A stretch of DNA of 64,000 nt. Origin: Pocillopora damicornis. Lineage: Eukaryota. The notes beneath the pieces are model-generated. The model did not search any database, was not told where the DNA came from, and saw only the letters and a list, made by a program, of their open reading frames with translations. Each line of letters opens with the position of its first letter. The first letter of the stretch is position 1. The translations under genes were made by a program, and so were the position numbers. This document shows, one piece after another, positions 23,316 to 37,000 of the stretch. The stretch lies in contig NW_020846737.1 in assembly GCF_003704095.1 (NCBI RefSeq), positions 248,001 through 312,000 on the forward strand, given 5' to 3'.

Positions 23316-26300
23316 TATAACGACGCATGTTGAGACAATATGCCTAATTATCTTGCATGGCAGCTGTTGACCTATCGCAAACTGATGTTCTCACACATTT
23401 ATCGACCTACAAAATGACGATTGGATAGAATTTACCACAAATAGATGAGAATATCTGAACAGCAAAACCGTAAACAGTAAACTCCTTTGTTTGAAGCTTA
23501 ATTCTTGTCGATTCATTATGAAAAGAAAAGAAAAATCAGTGTCCACGAATTCAAAGTCACATAAGATTTGATTCAGTGAGTTATCCTGCAGGTCTTGTCG
23601 ATTAACATAAACAACAAAACTTATCAAGTTTGTCTCTGTTGTTGGTAGAAAACATCCAAATAACTTGCATGTAAACACAACGATTCTTTGTGAGACACTA
23701 CCAGTTCTCAGACTCTCATTTGTACCTCCACTTTCAACTGAAATGAGAAAAAAATTAACAATAACACTAACAAAATTCAAATAAAAATGACTAAAAACTG
23801 AATACTTATGAACAAGAAGATAACAACCTAAAAGTGTGCGACATACCAACGTAAAATGAAATCCGTATAAAGAGAATCCCAGCAGTGCGCAAGAAACTAA
23901 CGTACATTATCATATGACCCGTACAGCCTCGCGCATCCACTTCTATAGAAAACCATAATAATAGCTGCCGTACATGTAAGTAGGGCCGAACGGGTTGACG
24001 TTAGCAGGAGGGGGGCGTTGCTGGAAGGTTGCTTAACGGGCCCGTAAAGCTTTCCAGTCTTCGATTATGGCATTTGATATTAGTTCTTATTTGAAATATC
24101 AGTTGTAGTAAGAAATGCGCTACTTCTGCATTTTACCTCTGAATATAAATATTGTCTTTCACTTGGATTTCTTGTTTGAAGCATTAAGGATAGTGATCAA
24201 GTGTCCTCTGAGTGGGTAGAAGTGTTTCAGTGAGCTCTGCACGTAGTTTTCGATGTTCCCTATTAAAAAATCATGAAACCACTTTGGGATCAGTAAGAAA
24301 GAATTCCGCAAACACATCGAGAAAAATCCTTTTTTGGAGCATGTTATTCCAGTTTGCTTCCAGTCTCAAAGAAGTCAGGCATTTGATAATTAGGCTCTGT
24401 GATGCATGATTCTGGAATCACGTCAAAAAAAATCTTTTTCAGCAAATGATAAACTATAAAATCAGTGAGATAAAAACGTAAAGTTTTGGAACATACTATT
24501 TTAATCTGGTTTAAGCTCGGATATTGTTGATAATTAAGCTCCAATATTTTTATTGAATCACGTCAGAAAAGAGGGCTGTATCGTGCAATTATTGGAAAAC
24601 ACTCTAGAAGAAATTGAAAGGACAAAAATAACTTGAGTGTACTCTTCATTTTGGTTGTAGCTTAGCTGAAGAGCTCAAACATCATCAAATTTTTGATAGG
24701 CCTAGATAGTTTATTTGTTTTAAAAAGCCAATTATCTCACTTTGTGAGAAATTATCAGGTACTTCTTTCCTTTCGTGACTTTTTCCGACGAGATGTTCTA
24801 ATTATCGTCTTGATACTGTCCTGGGGAGAAAAAAAAAAGAGACTAATAAATTATGAATACGTACTACATACCTCAGTGGTTTTCGTTCAAAATAGCAAAG
24901 GTCAATTGCAACATCTGGATTAAAAAAAAACCCATTTTCTGCTGACATTTTCTCATCGAACAAAGGCATTACGAAATTTTACTGAACTAACTTACCAAGC
25001 AATCGAAAACAAAATGTGTAATTATTCGAGAATAACGAAGCTAACTTTGAGTATTGCTCCTTTACCTGAGAACTACATGTGTATTTGACAAGCCTAGTGT
25101 CGCCATGGTAATTTAATACCAATGTTTGCCACCAAGAGATACGGAGCGATACGGCTTCATTTAAAACTTAAGTTGGTCTTAAATCCACCAGATTTATTAT
25201 GACGTTTTGTTATAACGTTTTTGGATTGCCGTTTCAATTTACTCTTTCTTTAGCTGGGTTGAAAGCTAATGGAAAGAACCAGTGCATTCAAAACACGCTT
25301 TAGGTCAACACTCAACAATCATAATAGCTCGTTAAACAAAATTTACAGGAAAGAAAAGAAAAGTAAGCAAATAAGCGATAAGTACCCTAACGATAAGGGA
25401 CAAATTTCTCGCGTTGCCAATAAAGTCACGTCCAAGAAGAACTGTCATGGTGGCTGCCTCCGAGGATTTGTTTTCCATTTTGCTATGGGTATTACTTTCT
25501 TTCTTCTTACATTTGACTCTGTAAATTGAATTTACAAGAGCCGTAACGAGAAAGATGAACACTGTATCAATATACAAATGTATCGTTCCATATAGAGATT
25601 ATTTACCTGTAGAAAAGTGACTTAGAAGAAAAGCATGAATCCTCGACAAGTTATCGGAACCACTTGATCCAGCATAAGAAACACTCGCCAGCCTGGACAG
25701 ATTAGATACATATATATATAGATCCAAGGCAATAAGGTCCAAATGTTTCATGAATCCATAGAAGCTAAAAAAGGCGTTCAAATATTCTTGAAGCTCATAA
25801 ATTCTTTCCACGTGCAAGACTGAGCGCAAAATGACGTGAATATTAATTTTGAAAATGATTTGTAATTCAAATAAGTTTTCGACTTGAAAGGCGGGTTCAG
25901 AATAAGCGACATCGAGTTCCTCGGTCTGATCCGTTCAATTTTAAAACGAAGTAGGATGCTTTGTTTGACTACATCTGAATATTCAAGTCTCCTCAGGTTT
26001 TTTCTGGTAATTTCCTGTGAAAAATTTTGCAGGCAGTGCATTCTCGTGCATATTAAACTATCCTTATGGGCTCCACGACGAACGCTCTTCTTTCCATTTG
26101 AGTATTCTTTCTCTTCTTAATAATTAAGTCCAAGAATAGAGCGAGCAAGTGAATACAGGTTCATACCTAAACTACATACACTGTTTTCTTTTTTTATATT
26201 AGAACTTTTTTTTGGTGTCAGTAATGCAACCGTGTAGACGTTGTTGAATTAATTTAAAAGAAAGAAAAGTAACCTCAAGAGAATGCTCACTCATCGACAA

Positions 26301-27422
26301 ATTCTTTTTCAAAGAATTTTTAGGAAGGGATGACAGGACAAGGGGGTGATTTGGAACTGTACAGGAATAAATGGTAACGAAAAAAGCGCCTAGAATGGGT
26401 GGTCAAAGGTAAGAACGTATGAAAACGCACATCAAAGCAGGGAAATACTTCCTAATGTGCACAATTACGCAGCAACGGGTAGAGCAAAAGTTTGCGTTAG
26501 AAATGCGCGGGAATACAGTCAACGTAAGGAGACGGGTAGGAACGCAGAAAGTAAACGTGTTTGCGCATTGAGTTCAGAAGAACGCAGATGGTGTAGAAAC
26601 ACACGGAAAGTGGACAGCACGATAGGCGATTCAAAAACGCACACGGAACGCATAGAAATTCGAGGATATACGTTAAACGCAAAGGATTTCGTAGAACACA
26701 AAACATACATACAAGTAGGAGCCCCACATAGACATTTCCACGTATTTATTGAAGCAAGTTCGTTCTCTCTGCCACTAGTATGTACTCTAAAGGGTTGAAA
26801 GAACCAGGAAATGCTCAAGATTGGACTCTAACCATAATTTCGTACAATTTCAATTTTCTTAAAGTATATAACCTTTTCTCCTCTTAAATAACTTATGGGC
26901 TAACAAATACAACCTACAAATAATATCCTACTGCAGATGTCTACCATTATGATAGCGATTCCTTACACGAAAACCCACTATTTAAAATCCATTATGTACA
27001 GATCATTATATATACCTTATGGACCCTTGAATGCCAAAGTAAATGTTGTGATAAACAGGGACAAGGGACGTGAATGAAATTTTTCATTGAGCAGATACAG
27101 TCTAAATATATATATAGGAAAAAAATTATATCAGAACCACCACAAACAGAAATGCGCGATGACTAACCATAAGAATAATGTTGGAAACGAAAAGGTTTCA
27201 AAAGAGGCAAACGGATCAATTGTTGAGGGCGTGACCACCTAGGGGGTGGGGGTGGGGTGGACTACACAGTTCAAGTCATGAACTGATTATATAGTGCGTA
27301 GTACTGCTAATGTAACTAAAGGAGGACACACAAAATTCTAAAATTATCTGTCCTATTGCACAGACCTTATTTCCACTGGATAAATCTCTCTTCAATGGAT
27401 GCGAAGTACACTTTGTCAATAT

Positions 27423-27624
27423 CTGGCCCCGGTTGTTCGAAGGTTGGACAACGCTATCCACTGGATAAATCTCTATCCGCTGAATAACGCTATACGTTTT
27501 GCCATCACTAATCCGTTGGATAGCATTATCTGCCCTATATACGACTGGACCCTCGCTGACTGCGATTCATCTGTTGGATAGCGGTCATTATTTTAGTATC
27601 AGCCCTTTGAACAACTGGGACCGG
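27423..27624. mobile_element. Palindromic MITE (~200 bp)
   Basis: Imperfect terminal inverted repeats ggccccggttgttcgaagg / cctttgaacaactgggacc; internal atccactggata-like repeats. Confidence 0.75.
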
Positions 27625-28099
27625 TACTAGAGCGAAACTGCACACAAATCCGAGAGACCTACTTCGACGACCAACAGCTTCGCCCTGATAAGGTATTCTC
27701 CCTTACCCAAAGTAGCATCTTAAACCTGACTAAGAATATTTATACCTGCATATCTGTAAATTAAGCTCTTGCTTTGGTCAAGAGAACCTTGGTAGACGGT
27801 AGATGACCTCATAAATATTACTGACTCGTTATCAGAAAGTAAATTTTAAGTACTCAATTATCATTATGGACTCAGTAAGTCCAAATTTGCCTCTAATGGG
27901 AATTCAACCGCGAACAAAATTGTCCATTATTATAACTAGAATTAACTTATGTTTGACTGCCGCCGACTTAAAATATTTCTCCCTTTTATCGATGAAAGAT
28001 AACAATTTATCATAAATGTAACTGATCCTTTTTGCTTTACGTCGACGGTGAGAATTCTTACTCTTCATTCCCCGCACTCCTCTCAGATGGACCAAAATT

Positions 28100-31000
28100 T
28101 TATACTCTTTGGATTTCAAACAGTTTGACATCCGTATCATACCAGATTGGGGGATCAATGTTCCTGAAAAACAGAATGCAAGTGAGGTGAATGACATGGC
28201 TGTTGAACTAAACTTTTTTTCCATTTTTTACCTTTTTTCCGTTTTAATATTTCATAACTGTTTATTTTTTTAAAAAAACTGAGGGCTCGCACGCCTTGAT
28301 TTTCCCGCCAAAGGTTGCCGAGCGCGCGTCAATTTTCCCGCCCAAACTCATTTTTGAATTAAAAGTAGTTAATAGGTTTCTGCTTTCCTTTCCCCCTTAC
28401 AGGGTTTACAGCGTGCGGAACGCGAGTGTACACCACTTAACGCGAGTGTACACCACTTAACGCGAGTGTACACCACTTAACGCGAATGTACACCACTTAA
28501 CGCGAGTGTACACCACTTAACGCGAATGTAGATGTAAATGTAGCTTTAACGCGAGGATAAACTTTGCTACTTGGTTTTAAACCTCTACATTTTCCTTGGA
28601 GAGCTGATTACTTATTTTTTTTGTTTACCTGAGGTAAATAATTCCCCACATATAAGTTCGGAACCACATCTGAGTACCACTGTTGGCCTGTAACGGAATA
28701 ATAGACATTTAAGAGTGTCATCAAATTCTGCCTGACGGATAAAACCACAGCAATTATCTCTGAAGAACTAACAGCACCTTTTGGCTGGGGGGGATTTCGT
28801 GAGATCCAGCTACCTTAAAAGGATCTCACACAAAACTTACTTCCGAACCAAAAAGTTTTCGAGCGAAAAATTCCCAAATTTCCGAAACTTTTCAACAACC
28901 CTGTAGCTGAATACTCATCCTCTTGTTAACCCTTAGCACTCTAACATCAGTATGCATATTCTCCATACTGTTCTCTATACATTTCCTAAGGTGCTGACAA
29001 GGAGAATTCAGTGTTTAACAATCAAGAGCTTCTTTAGCTGGTGATCATTTCCTTTATTCTCATGACCTTAATGTTTGATTTAATGGAGAAATTGTAAGGA
29101 GAAATTAGTTGCTTGTCACTCTTAAGGGTCAAAGTGTTAAACTTCCACGCGCATACACTAAATGTTTGCAAACTCTTCGAGATACCAAATGTAACAGAAA
29201 GCGTGACTCATCAGTGGTTACAGAAGTTTACATACCTGGTATTTTCTGATTAAGATTGGGTGTGGCACGGGTAGAAGACCGACCAATGTGCCATGCTGAA
29301 GAAACTTGATTATTTCAGACTCATCCGTCAAACCCCTATCAAAACAACAAAAATACATCAAACAGAGCCGAAAAAAAACAACAAAAAAAAAAATACAAAA
29401 CTGAAAGTAACATGAACATGAACATTCATCATTGATGATTAACTTACTTGTCTATGCAAATCTTTTCCACTTGAGGAACTAAAACTTGAAGCATTCTCAT
29501 TATCGTCTGCAGTGGAAGCTTCTGTTTCCAAGACTGGACCTACAGAATGAAGAAAAACCGGAAATAAATGCACACACGATTTTCTTTAAAAGTATATAAT
29601 TGATTTTAAGACTAAAGAAGGGCACTCACGACTTAAAACAACTCTGGGTACGTGCCACGATGAGCCTTTTTGAGGATGATGTAAGATCAAATTCTGAGAA
29701 CGGACATTTGAAGAACTTTGCAATCACCATTGGAGAGAGTTCATGTTTTGATAAAAACTTCAAAGTGGAAGATTCACTCACCCATTCAGGCGTTGCTACA
29801 AATGGCCCTGAGCTTGTGACAGAAACAGATCGTCCAATAGATTTTCTCTCTGTGCGGGATGTTCCAGGGGTACTGGGTGGGGTTGCTTCCCCAGGGGACC
29901 GTGCTTCTACATCGCTAGTTTCTGATTCACTGGCAGGATTGCGAACTTCTTTCACAGACACTAGGACAAAAAGAAAGAGCTGTTGTTAGCATGTCCAGTT
30001 TGTGGCACTGCTAAATAATCATGTCCGCTTAACAACACTCAAAATTAAATATAAATAAAGCAAAGTGCTAACTATTGACTACATACGGACCTATCTTGTT
30101 TGCAATTTGTATCATTTTTTTTTCCATTCCTGCATTATTTCAATTCCTTCCTTTGGGTCGTTACTTCTATGTATTTCTTCTCTTTCCATGTTAATATGTT
30201 GTCGCTCTCTTCATTTTGACAATCATTTTCTTTTTTGATCCAAAACTTATTGCAACATTTATTCGCTTACTGTCTGCGGACATCTCCGGTAAACCCTCGG
30301 CCGCTGAAGCACTCGTTCCAGCCTTCTTTTCTTCTCCCTCACTGCCTGAGGTCTGGGCATCCCTGATAGAAAATTCAACATTTTCGTGACCAACTGCCGC
30401 ATAAATGTTCATGCACTCATTGAGAAAATGGGTTAACCCTTTCACTCCCACATTTCATTACTGTCTACTACAAAATTACTATGATTCTAGTGTGGAGAAT
30501 TTGGTATTGGATCAACTACTGATCTCCCAATTGACATTTCTCTTTATTCTCATCACTTGTCTGCTTGATATTGTATTGATATTGTCAGAAAAAATTCTGT
30601 CTAGGTCACTCATGGGAGTTAAAGGGTTACTGCTGTTCACGTATCATACATCAGTAGGGGGAATTAGCGGCTACTCTAGCCACGAACAGTTCCACAAATG
30701 AAAACATTGTGCACAGAAATCTTACTTGTCTGAACCTTGGGATGTAAGTCTCCTTCTTGGCTTCTGAACAGTAGCAGGATCGGTTGGAAGATTTGCCAAC
30801 TTCAGGAGAGAAAACGGTCAAAAAATAATTGCAAGTGAAAAGATAAACTCGAACAGCATGGACTCACTGCCTTTGCTCAGACTCTCTCTTAATATTAGTC
30901 ACTTCTAGCCTAATGCTGTAAATCAATAAAACAACAACAACACTAGTTTCCTATTTTCTCAAGTTCTAATACTCATTTTTTCAACATTTGATATTGGTTA

Positions 31001-34000
31001 GTTCACTCTGAAAACAATTAGTACACTATAGGTTTACGATGAGCAACTAAAAACTTTACTGTATGAAAGCACTGAACAGCTAAACAATTATTTAAACAGA
31101 TGAATAACAACTTCAACGCCATAACTCATACGGAGCTTACCTGGTGGAAGATATTTCTCTTTCTTATAATTGCATACACGAGATGAGAGTTTCCTAAAGT
31201 AAAAGAAACCCAGTTAAAAAAAGTTACAGGAAACATATTCAGTATGCAAAAATCATTTGTTTGTTTTTGTTATGACTTTTTTCATATATTTTTACCAAAA
31301 TTGATGGGGAAGTATTGTGCAAAAATAATAAAGGTGAAATGGGCGAATTTTGTTCTTTGTTCTTGTGAAGTTTCTGTAAAGGCTCAAGCAAAGTTTGTGC
31401 AAAGATTCACAGCTTTTCAAGTCTCATTTCCCTGGAAAAAAGGGCACTATTTCTTCAGACATTTGTGACAAAATGTAAGTTTGTCTTGATAACCAGCTAT
31501 TGTTCAGGTCATTAACTTGTATTCCTCCAAAACGGAGAGTGAGAAAAGAGAGATCTCGACTGCAAACTACAAACATCATCAATGTGTCTGTCCTCCAAGA
31601 GCTCATACATAAGAATCAATCAAAATTTGCACCTAATTCAACTTATTATAAAAAGTGTCTTACCATCAAATTGATACTGAATGATGTTATTAAAGATCTC
31701 CAGCAAGAAAAACACTAAATGGTGATTGGTGGCATTGGAAAACAGGAACCAGGGAGTGGAAAATGCCTGAAAAAAACAAAATGGAAAAAATATTCAGCCT
31801 ATGAGTTTGAAAAAGAGGGTAATCTGTTAATGAAGGAACACAAAAAAAGTGGAATTACCTGTAGCATTTTCATTTACATAACACAAAAAAGAAACAACAA
31901 AGTGTCTTTGGAAATTCAACTTCAGTTCCCAAGCCCAAACAACCTTTGCAAAGAAAAGTAAAATTAGCATGCTCTTACCTCCAAAAGATGAAGCAATTTA
32001 TTGGCTGCCACCATTGATAAGGATTTCAAATAGGGAGAAACTGTAAAGAAAGAAGAGTAAACAGGGTCAGCTGAGAATGACACTACCCTTGGGTGACTAA
32101 AATGTGACCTGGAAATAAAATTAATTTTGAATGCATGAAAACGTGTGGTTGGCAAAATCAAACCTTTAGGTCACCCAAGCAGGCATGCATTTGTATGATG
32201 TAAATGCAGTGTTTTTTTTTTTGGTAAAAACACATATGAGAAAATGATTGACTGTAGGTTCAAGACACTAGGGAATAAGTCACTTGGATAGATATCTGTA
32301 ACAAACCCCAAGTGCATTGCTCCTGAACAAGTTGCTAAAGCATAATTGCAATCGACCCATTTTCTTGCCCTGATCACATGCAATAATTAAACCATTTTGA
32401 ATTTGTAGGCTTTGTTTTCACCAACAAATCTGTTACAAAGATATGGACTTAAAAAGAATTCTGTAACATTTCACTTGAAGCATATTGTATCTCGGCCTTA
32501 CCCCAATGAGTCCCATGACTTAACACCACAGTTATTAACAGTAATCATTGTACTCTTACCATTGACAATAATTGTCAAAAGACAGTCAAACAGTGGTTGA
32601 AGTCTTTGATGTCCATTTGTAATGATCTTATGGAACACCTGTAAAAAAAGGGAGACTCTAATAAGCTGTATATCCACACAACTGAGCCCAGTAGTTCAAT
32701 GACTGATTCGTCCTAACCGAAGGTTAAATATTTATCCAGGTTTCTTTAATTCCTTTTTACAAAAGCCTGTTTGAGATAATTTTCTCTATTCTCTTTAGAG
32801 CATGTTGTCACCTTTTTTAAAGCTTTCAGATCTGAAATCAAATGTCATCACTTCCATGATTTCATTATAAATTCTCCTTATTGTCAGCTATATAATACTT
32901 ATGATGTTACTTTGGAGAAATTGCTATTGGATCAACATAGAGTCCCTTAGTTGACATTTTTCATCCCTTGTCTGATTCATATTGTGTTGATATTGTAAGG
33001 AGAAATTCTGTCTTGGTCACTCTGTGAGTTAAAGGATTAACCCAGCTTCAAACATCCTAGCCCTGATGAATAACTCTCCTGTGGGCATGACATAAAAAAT
33101 AGACATATCTAAGATTTCTGGGTAACACAAAATATACTTACAATAACAAGAAAATCAGCATGGGTCCCTGTAAACACAGGAATGTCCATTGGCACTCTAA
33201 CAGAGTATGGCTTATTGAGACGGACCCCTATCAATGAGATAATAACACCAAAATAATTGAAATAATGACAGTTATGTCAGCACTTGTCCTAGGCATTAAC
33301 AAAATTTTCTACTTTATTGGGAATTTTAAATTTATTTTCATTGACTCTGTTGTTGTCACAAAGTTATGGAAGTATCATAATGAATGACTGAATAAATAAT
33401 TTGTTCATGCTCTGAACCTACCAAAATTTCTTTCTCCACTTAAAAGCAGTAATATGAACACTCCTATATGCATCAAACCTAGTCGAGCTGGAGAAAAAGG
33501 AAAAAGAAGAATGATATATTTACTACTAATAGCTTCCTGCATGTAAAAGCAAAAAAACTTTTTCTACTGTATTAAAGATCAAACCCTGAGCTGGGCGACT
33601 TACATTGATCAGACCTTGCATCATTCAAGTGATAAAGAATTGGGACCAAGATATCCAGCACATCACTGCTCTTCAGCACGTAGAACAGAAATTTCTGTTG
33701 GAGATTTTTGTTTATAAGAGAATGAGCTGTTAACTTGTGATCACTTTAAAAAGTAGCCAACAAACTGATGACAATAAAAACAAAATCAGTCTCTGGTTAC
33801 CTTGTTTTGGTCACACATCTTCCAAAATAGAACTAGAAGTTCTTGATGGAAACTAACTTTCTTGCAAGAATTTGGAAGATATGTCTGAAAACAGAAAAGA
33901 CAGTATTTACCACAATGTCCCCTTTAACTGTGAAAAAAAAAAACCTTGCAAATAAAGGTATATTATCCTTAAATTCTGGCCATTCTACTTCTCAGGATAT

Positions 34001-37000
34001 CTTAGGTTCTTAAGTGTTTGGGAAATAATTCGATATACATAAATTTCTTGAATTACATACTTGAATAAGAGGGTTATTGAGTAGATTTGCAACACCATGG
34101 AGAATAAAGTAAAAGTCCTGCAATGAAATAATTCAACATAAGTATATGTATGTATATGCCACCAATTAAAGTGGTTATAACCAGGTTAACCCCTTACATG
34201 TAACTCCCATGAGTGACCAAGACAGAGTTTCTCCCTATAATATCAGTACAATATCAAGCACAAAAGTGATGAGAGTAAAGAAAAATATCAATTAGGGGAT
34301 TATTGGTTGATTCAATATCAAATTCTCCAAACTCACACCATAAGAATTGTAAGATAGACAGTGAGGAGAAATACTAATGAGACCTTGGGAGTGAAAAGGT
34401 TAAATGGCTTCAAACAAATTGGTTTCTGTTCAGAACCTGGGTTAAATTACTTTACAGATATTTATACTTTGAAATCCAACATTTCACTTGCAAGTTCTTG
34501 CACCTATAAACTGCAGTAATACCATATGAATATTTTTACCTCTTCTCTATGTATTCGTGACAAATAATTACAGAAAAGGTTATCAACTGGAGGTTCCTAA
34601 AAACAAAAAAAACAAACAAAAAAAATTAATGCAAACATAATAAGATAAAATTTGTCCATTTAGACAAATATTTACATGAACAGAATCTATGAATCCACTT
34701 CAACATGGACTTGTTTGACTATAGTTTTTCGGCATCACATTGAAGATAAACCTTAAGTATGAGCTGCAACTTACGATGTTACAAAAAGAGAATCCTTAAA
34801 AAATTAACTCTTGGAGTAAATCTCAACCAGATCCCCTCAGGTATTAGTTGGTCACTACTACCAACTGAACTACAAGCCATCTGTTGGGAGGGAAGAAAAC
34901 TTAATACTGGCATCTTTGTTAAGGAAAATCTATTCACAAAGGGTGAAAATAAAATCTGTCTCATTCTGACCTGTGGATAACACATGCAACAAAATGCAAT
35001 TTCTTCAGCTGTATTGTAACTCTTAGTGAGGATCATTTTGTGACTCATTATCATCCAAACGTCTAATTTATAACTTATTTTCTATTTACTATTTCATATT
35101 TCATTTTATTGTTTACCATTTTATATTTACTATTTGTAAAATTCTATGAAAGTTGAAATAAATTCTTCAAGCTGAAACAACCTCCAGGCCCCAATTTATA
35201 GATGCACATGTGGATTGTAGAGAAAAATGCAGGGAACTGTTTTAAAATATATGTAGTTTACCTCAAAAGAGTGTTCTGTATCAGTTCCATTCATTGTAGT
35301 TGGGGTGGGCTGCATTGAATCATGATCCAAAAGGACAACAAGCAATTGAGCAGCAACCTCCACCAGAGGTTCACGGTAATCAGCAAACATAAGGTGGTTA
35401 TATCTAGAAAATAAAAGAAAAATGTTACTATACTCTTCTAGTCAAAATCCCTTTTCATTTTCAAAGAAAATTGGACAGACAAAGTAACACCAACAGTTTA
35501 AATTTCCCAAGAATTCCATTGGATCCAGCAATTCAAGCACACATTCTCACATAAAAAAATATACATGGTTAAGTCTTCACAAAAACCAAGTAGCCCATTG
35601 CACCAGAGTTTGTCCCAGTTTCTCTATGAAATGATCACCTGTGAGAGAGCTCAACCTTACAAGTGATCATTTCATACAATCTCCCAACAATTTCAACACA
35701 CTTTCAAGAAGAAAGGTGATGAGAATATAAACAATCATCATATCGAGAATAACGTTCATTGATATAACTTGTGAACTGTTGCTTTAAGCACTTAAAGCTA
35801 TCACATCATACACAAGCACAGACACATAAATTTTTACATGATACATTAATGTGATAGTAAAAAATTTTGTGCAACAAATAAACCTCATATTATAAAGTTC
35901 TTGCCTGTTCAGGATGTCAATCCCTGGGTGCATGGTCACAGTTTACTTTTACAACTACACTATTTCTGTACTTACGGCACTCCATATCCAAGGGGGTCGT
36001 ACGAGCACACAAGATTTAACAGAGAGGTGAATATTGGAAGAGCATGTCTGATAAAACAAAGCCAAGGAGAAAGATTATAACATCTTAATTATTTACCTTC
36101 AAATTGTATTCCATTCAGTTTTGCATTTATTTCATAGTAATCTCACTTCTTCAATAAGTGTTTATTATCACTGAGGAAAGTAATAAACAAATGCAAACAC
36201 CTTTACCTATTCCCAGCTGATGAGAAAAACGACAGCCATTTATTTGGTCTACAGTGATTTTCAGCTACAAAACAAGATTAAAATTATTATTATTATTCAT
36301 AGAATAATAATTTAAAAAATGACTACAATCAACCTCTCAGCCACCACAAATACATTGCACGAATCTAAGTCCTGTTCATTGAAGATCTTTTGAGAAAGGG
36401 GAATTTAAATTATATTCCCTCCAAGTTACCCTTGCATTAACAGACTTATCTGAATTATAAAATGCACATGTTGTCAGAATGATGAGTACTATATGCCAAG
36501 TTTGTTCTAAGGTGTGTTGCCCTATCCAATGGTTATAAATTACATGAAAAAAAAAAGTTGCTTGCTACCTGCTGGATTCATGTTTAACCATTAAGTAATT
36601 CAGCCCTTGAATGATCAGGGCCAGATATAACTAAAAAAAAATACTTGTTATTGTACTGGGCACAATTTGACATTTTTACCCCTCTAACACTGAGAAGTGA
36701 TTAATGTTTTTCAGCAAACAGAATACTATTTTTCAGACTACTCAAACTCATCAGATGGAAATTGTTATCTTGATCTAACACCAAATTCTCATAACTTCTC
36801 AAAAGGAACTGTGTAGTAGCTAGAGGGGAGAATTAACAATCAGATCATGGGACTTTAAGGGTTAATAAAAGTTAACCTTTCCCTGGGAGCTTACCTGTGG
36901 GAGGAAGGTACATTGCTTCAGAAAAACAAGTCAGCAGTAATTTTAGAAGTTCAGATCTGCTGCAATCAAACTGTGGATTGCTGGGAGGGGAAGATGCAAA

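Noticed and set aside
27242-27260. G-rich run (possible G-quadruplex)
   Set aside because: Short simple repeat with a fourth tract of only two G; no functional context.
28419-28530. CRISPR-like regular repeat
   Set aside because: Head-to-tail tandem repeat with no spacers or cas genes, in a eukaryotic intron.
29630-29715. Possible extra HID1 exon (gtgagt donor at 29629)
   Set aside because: The flanking exons join directly into the conserved PEW-VQSWK sequence, and no convincing frame-preserving acceptor is visible.
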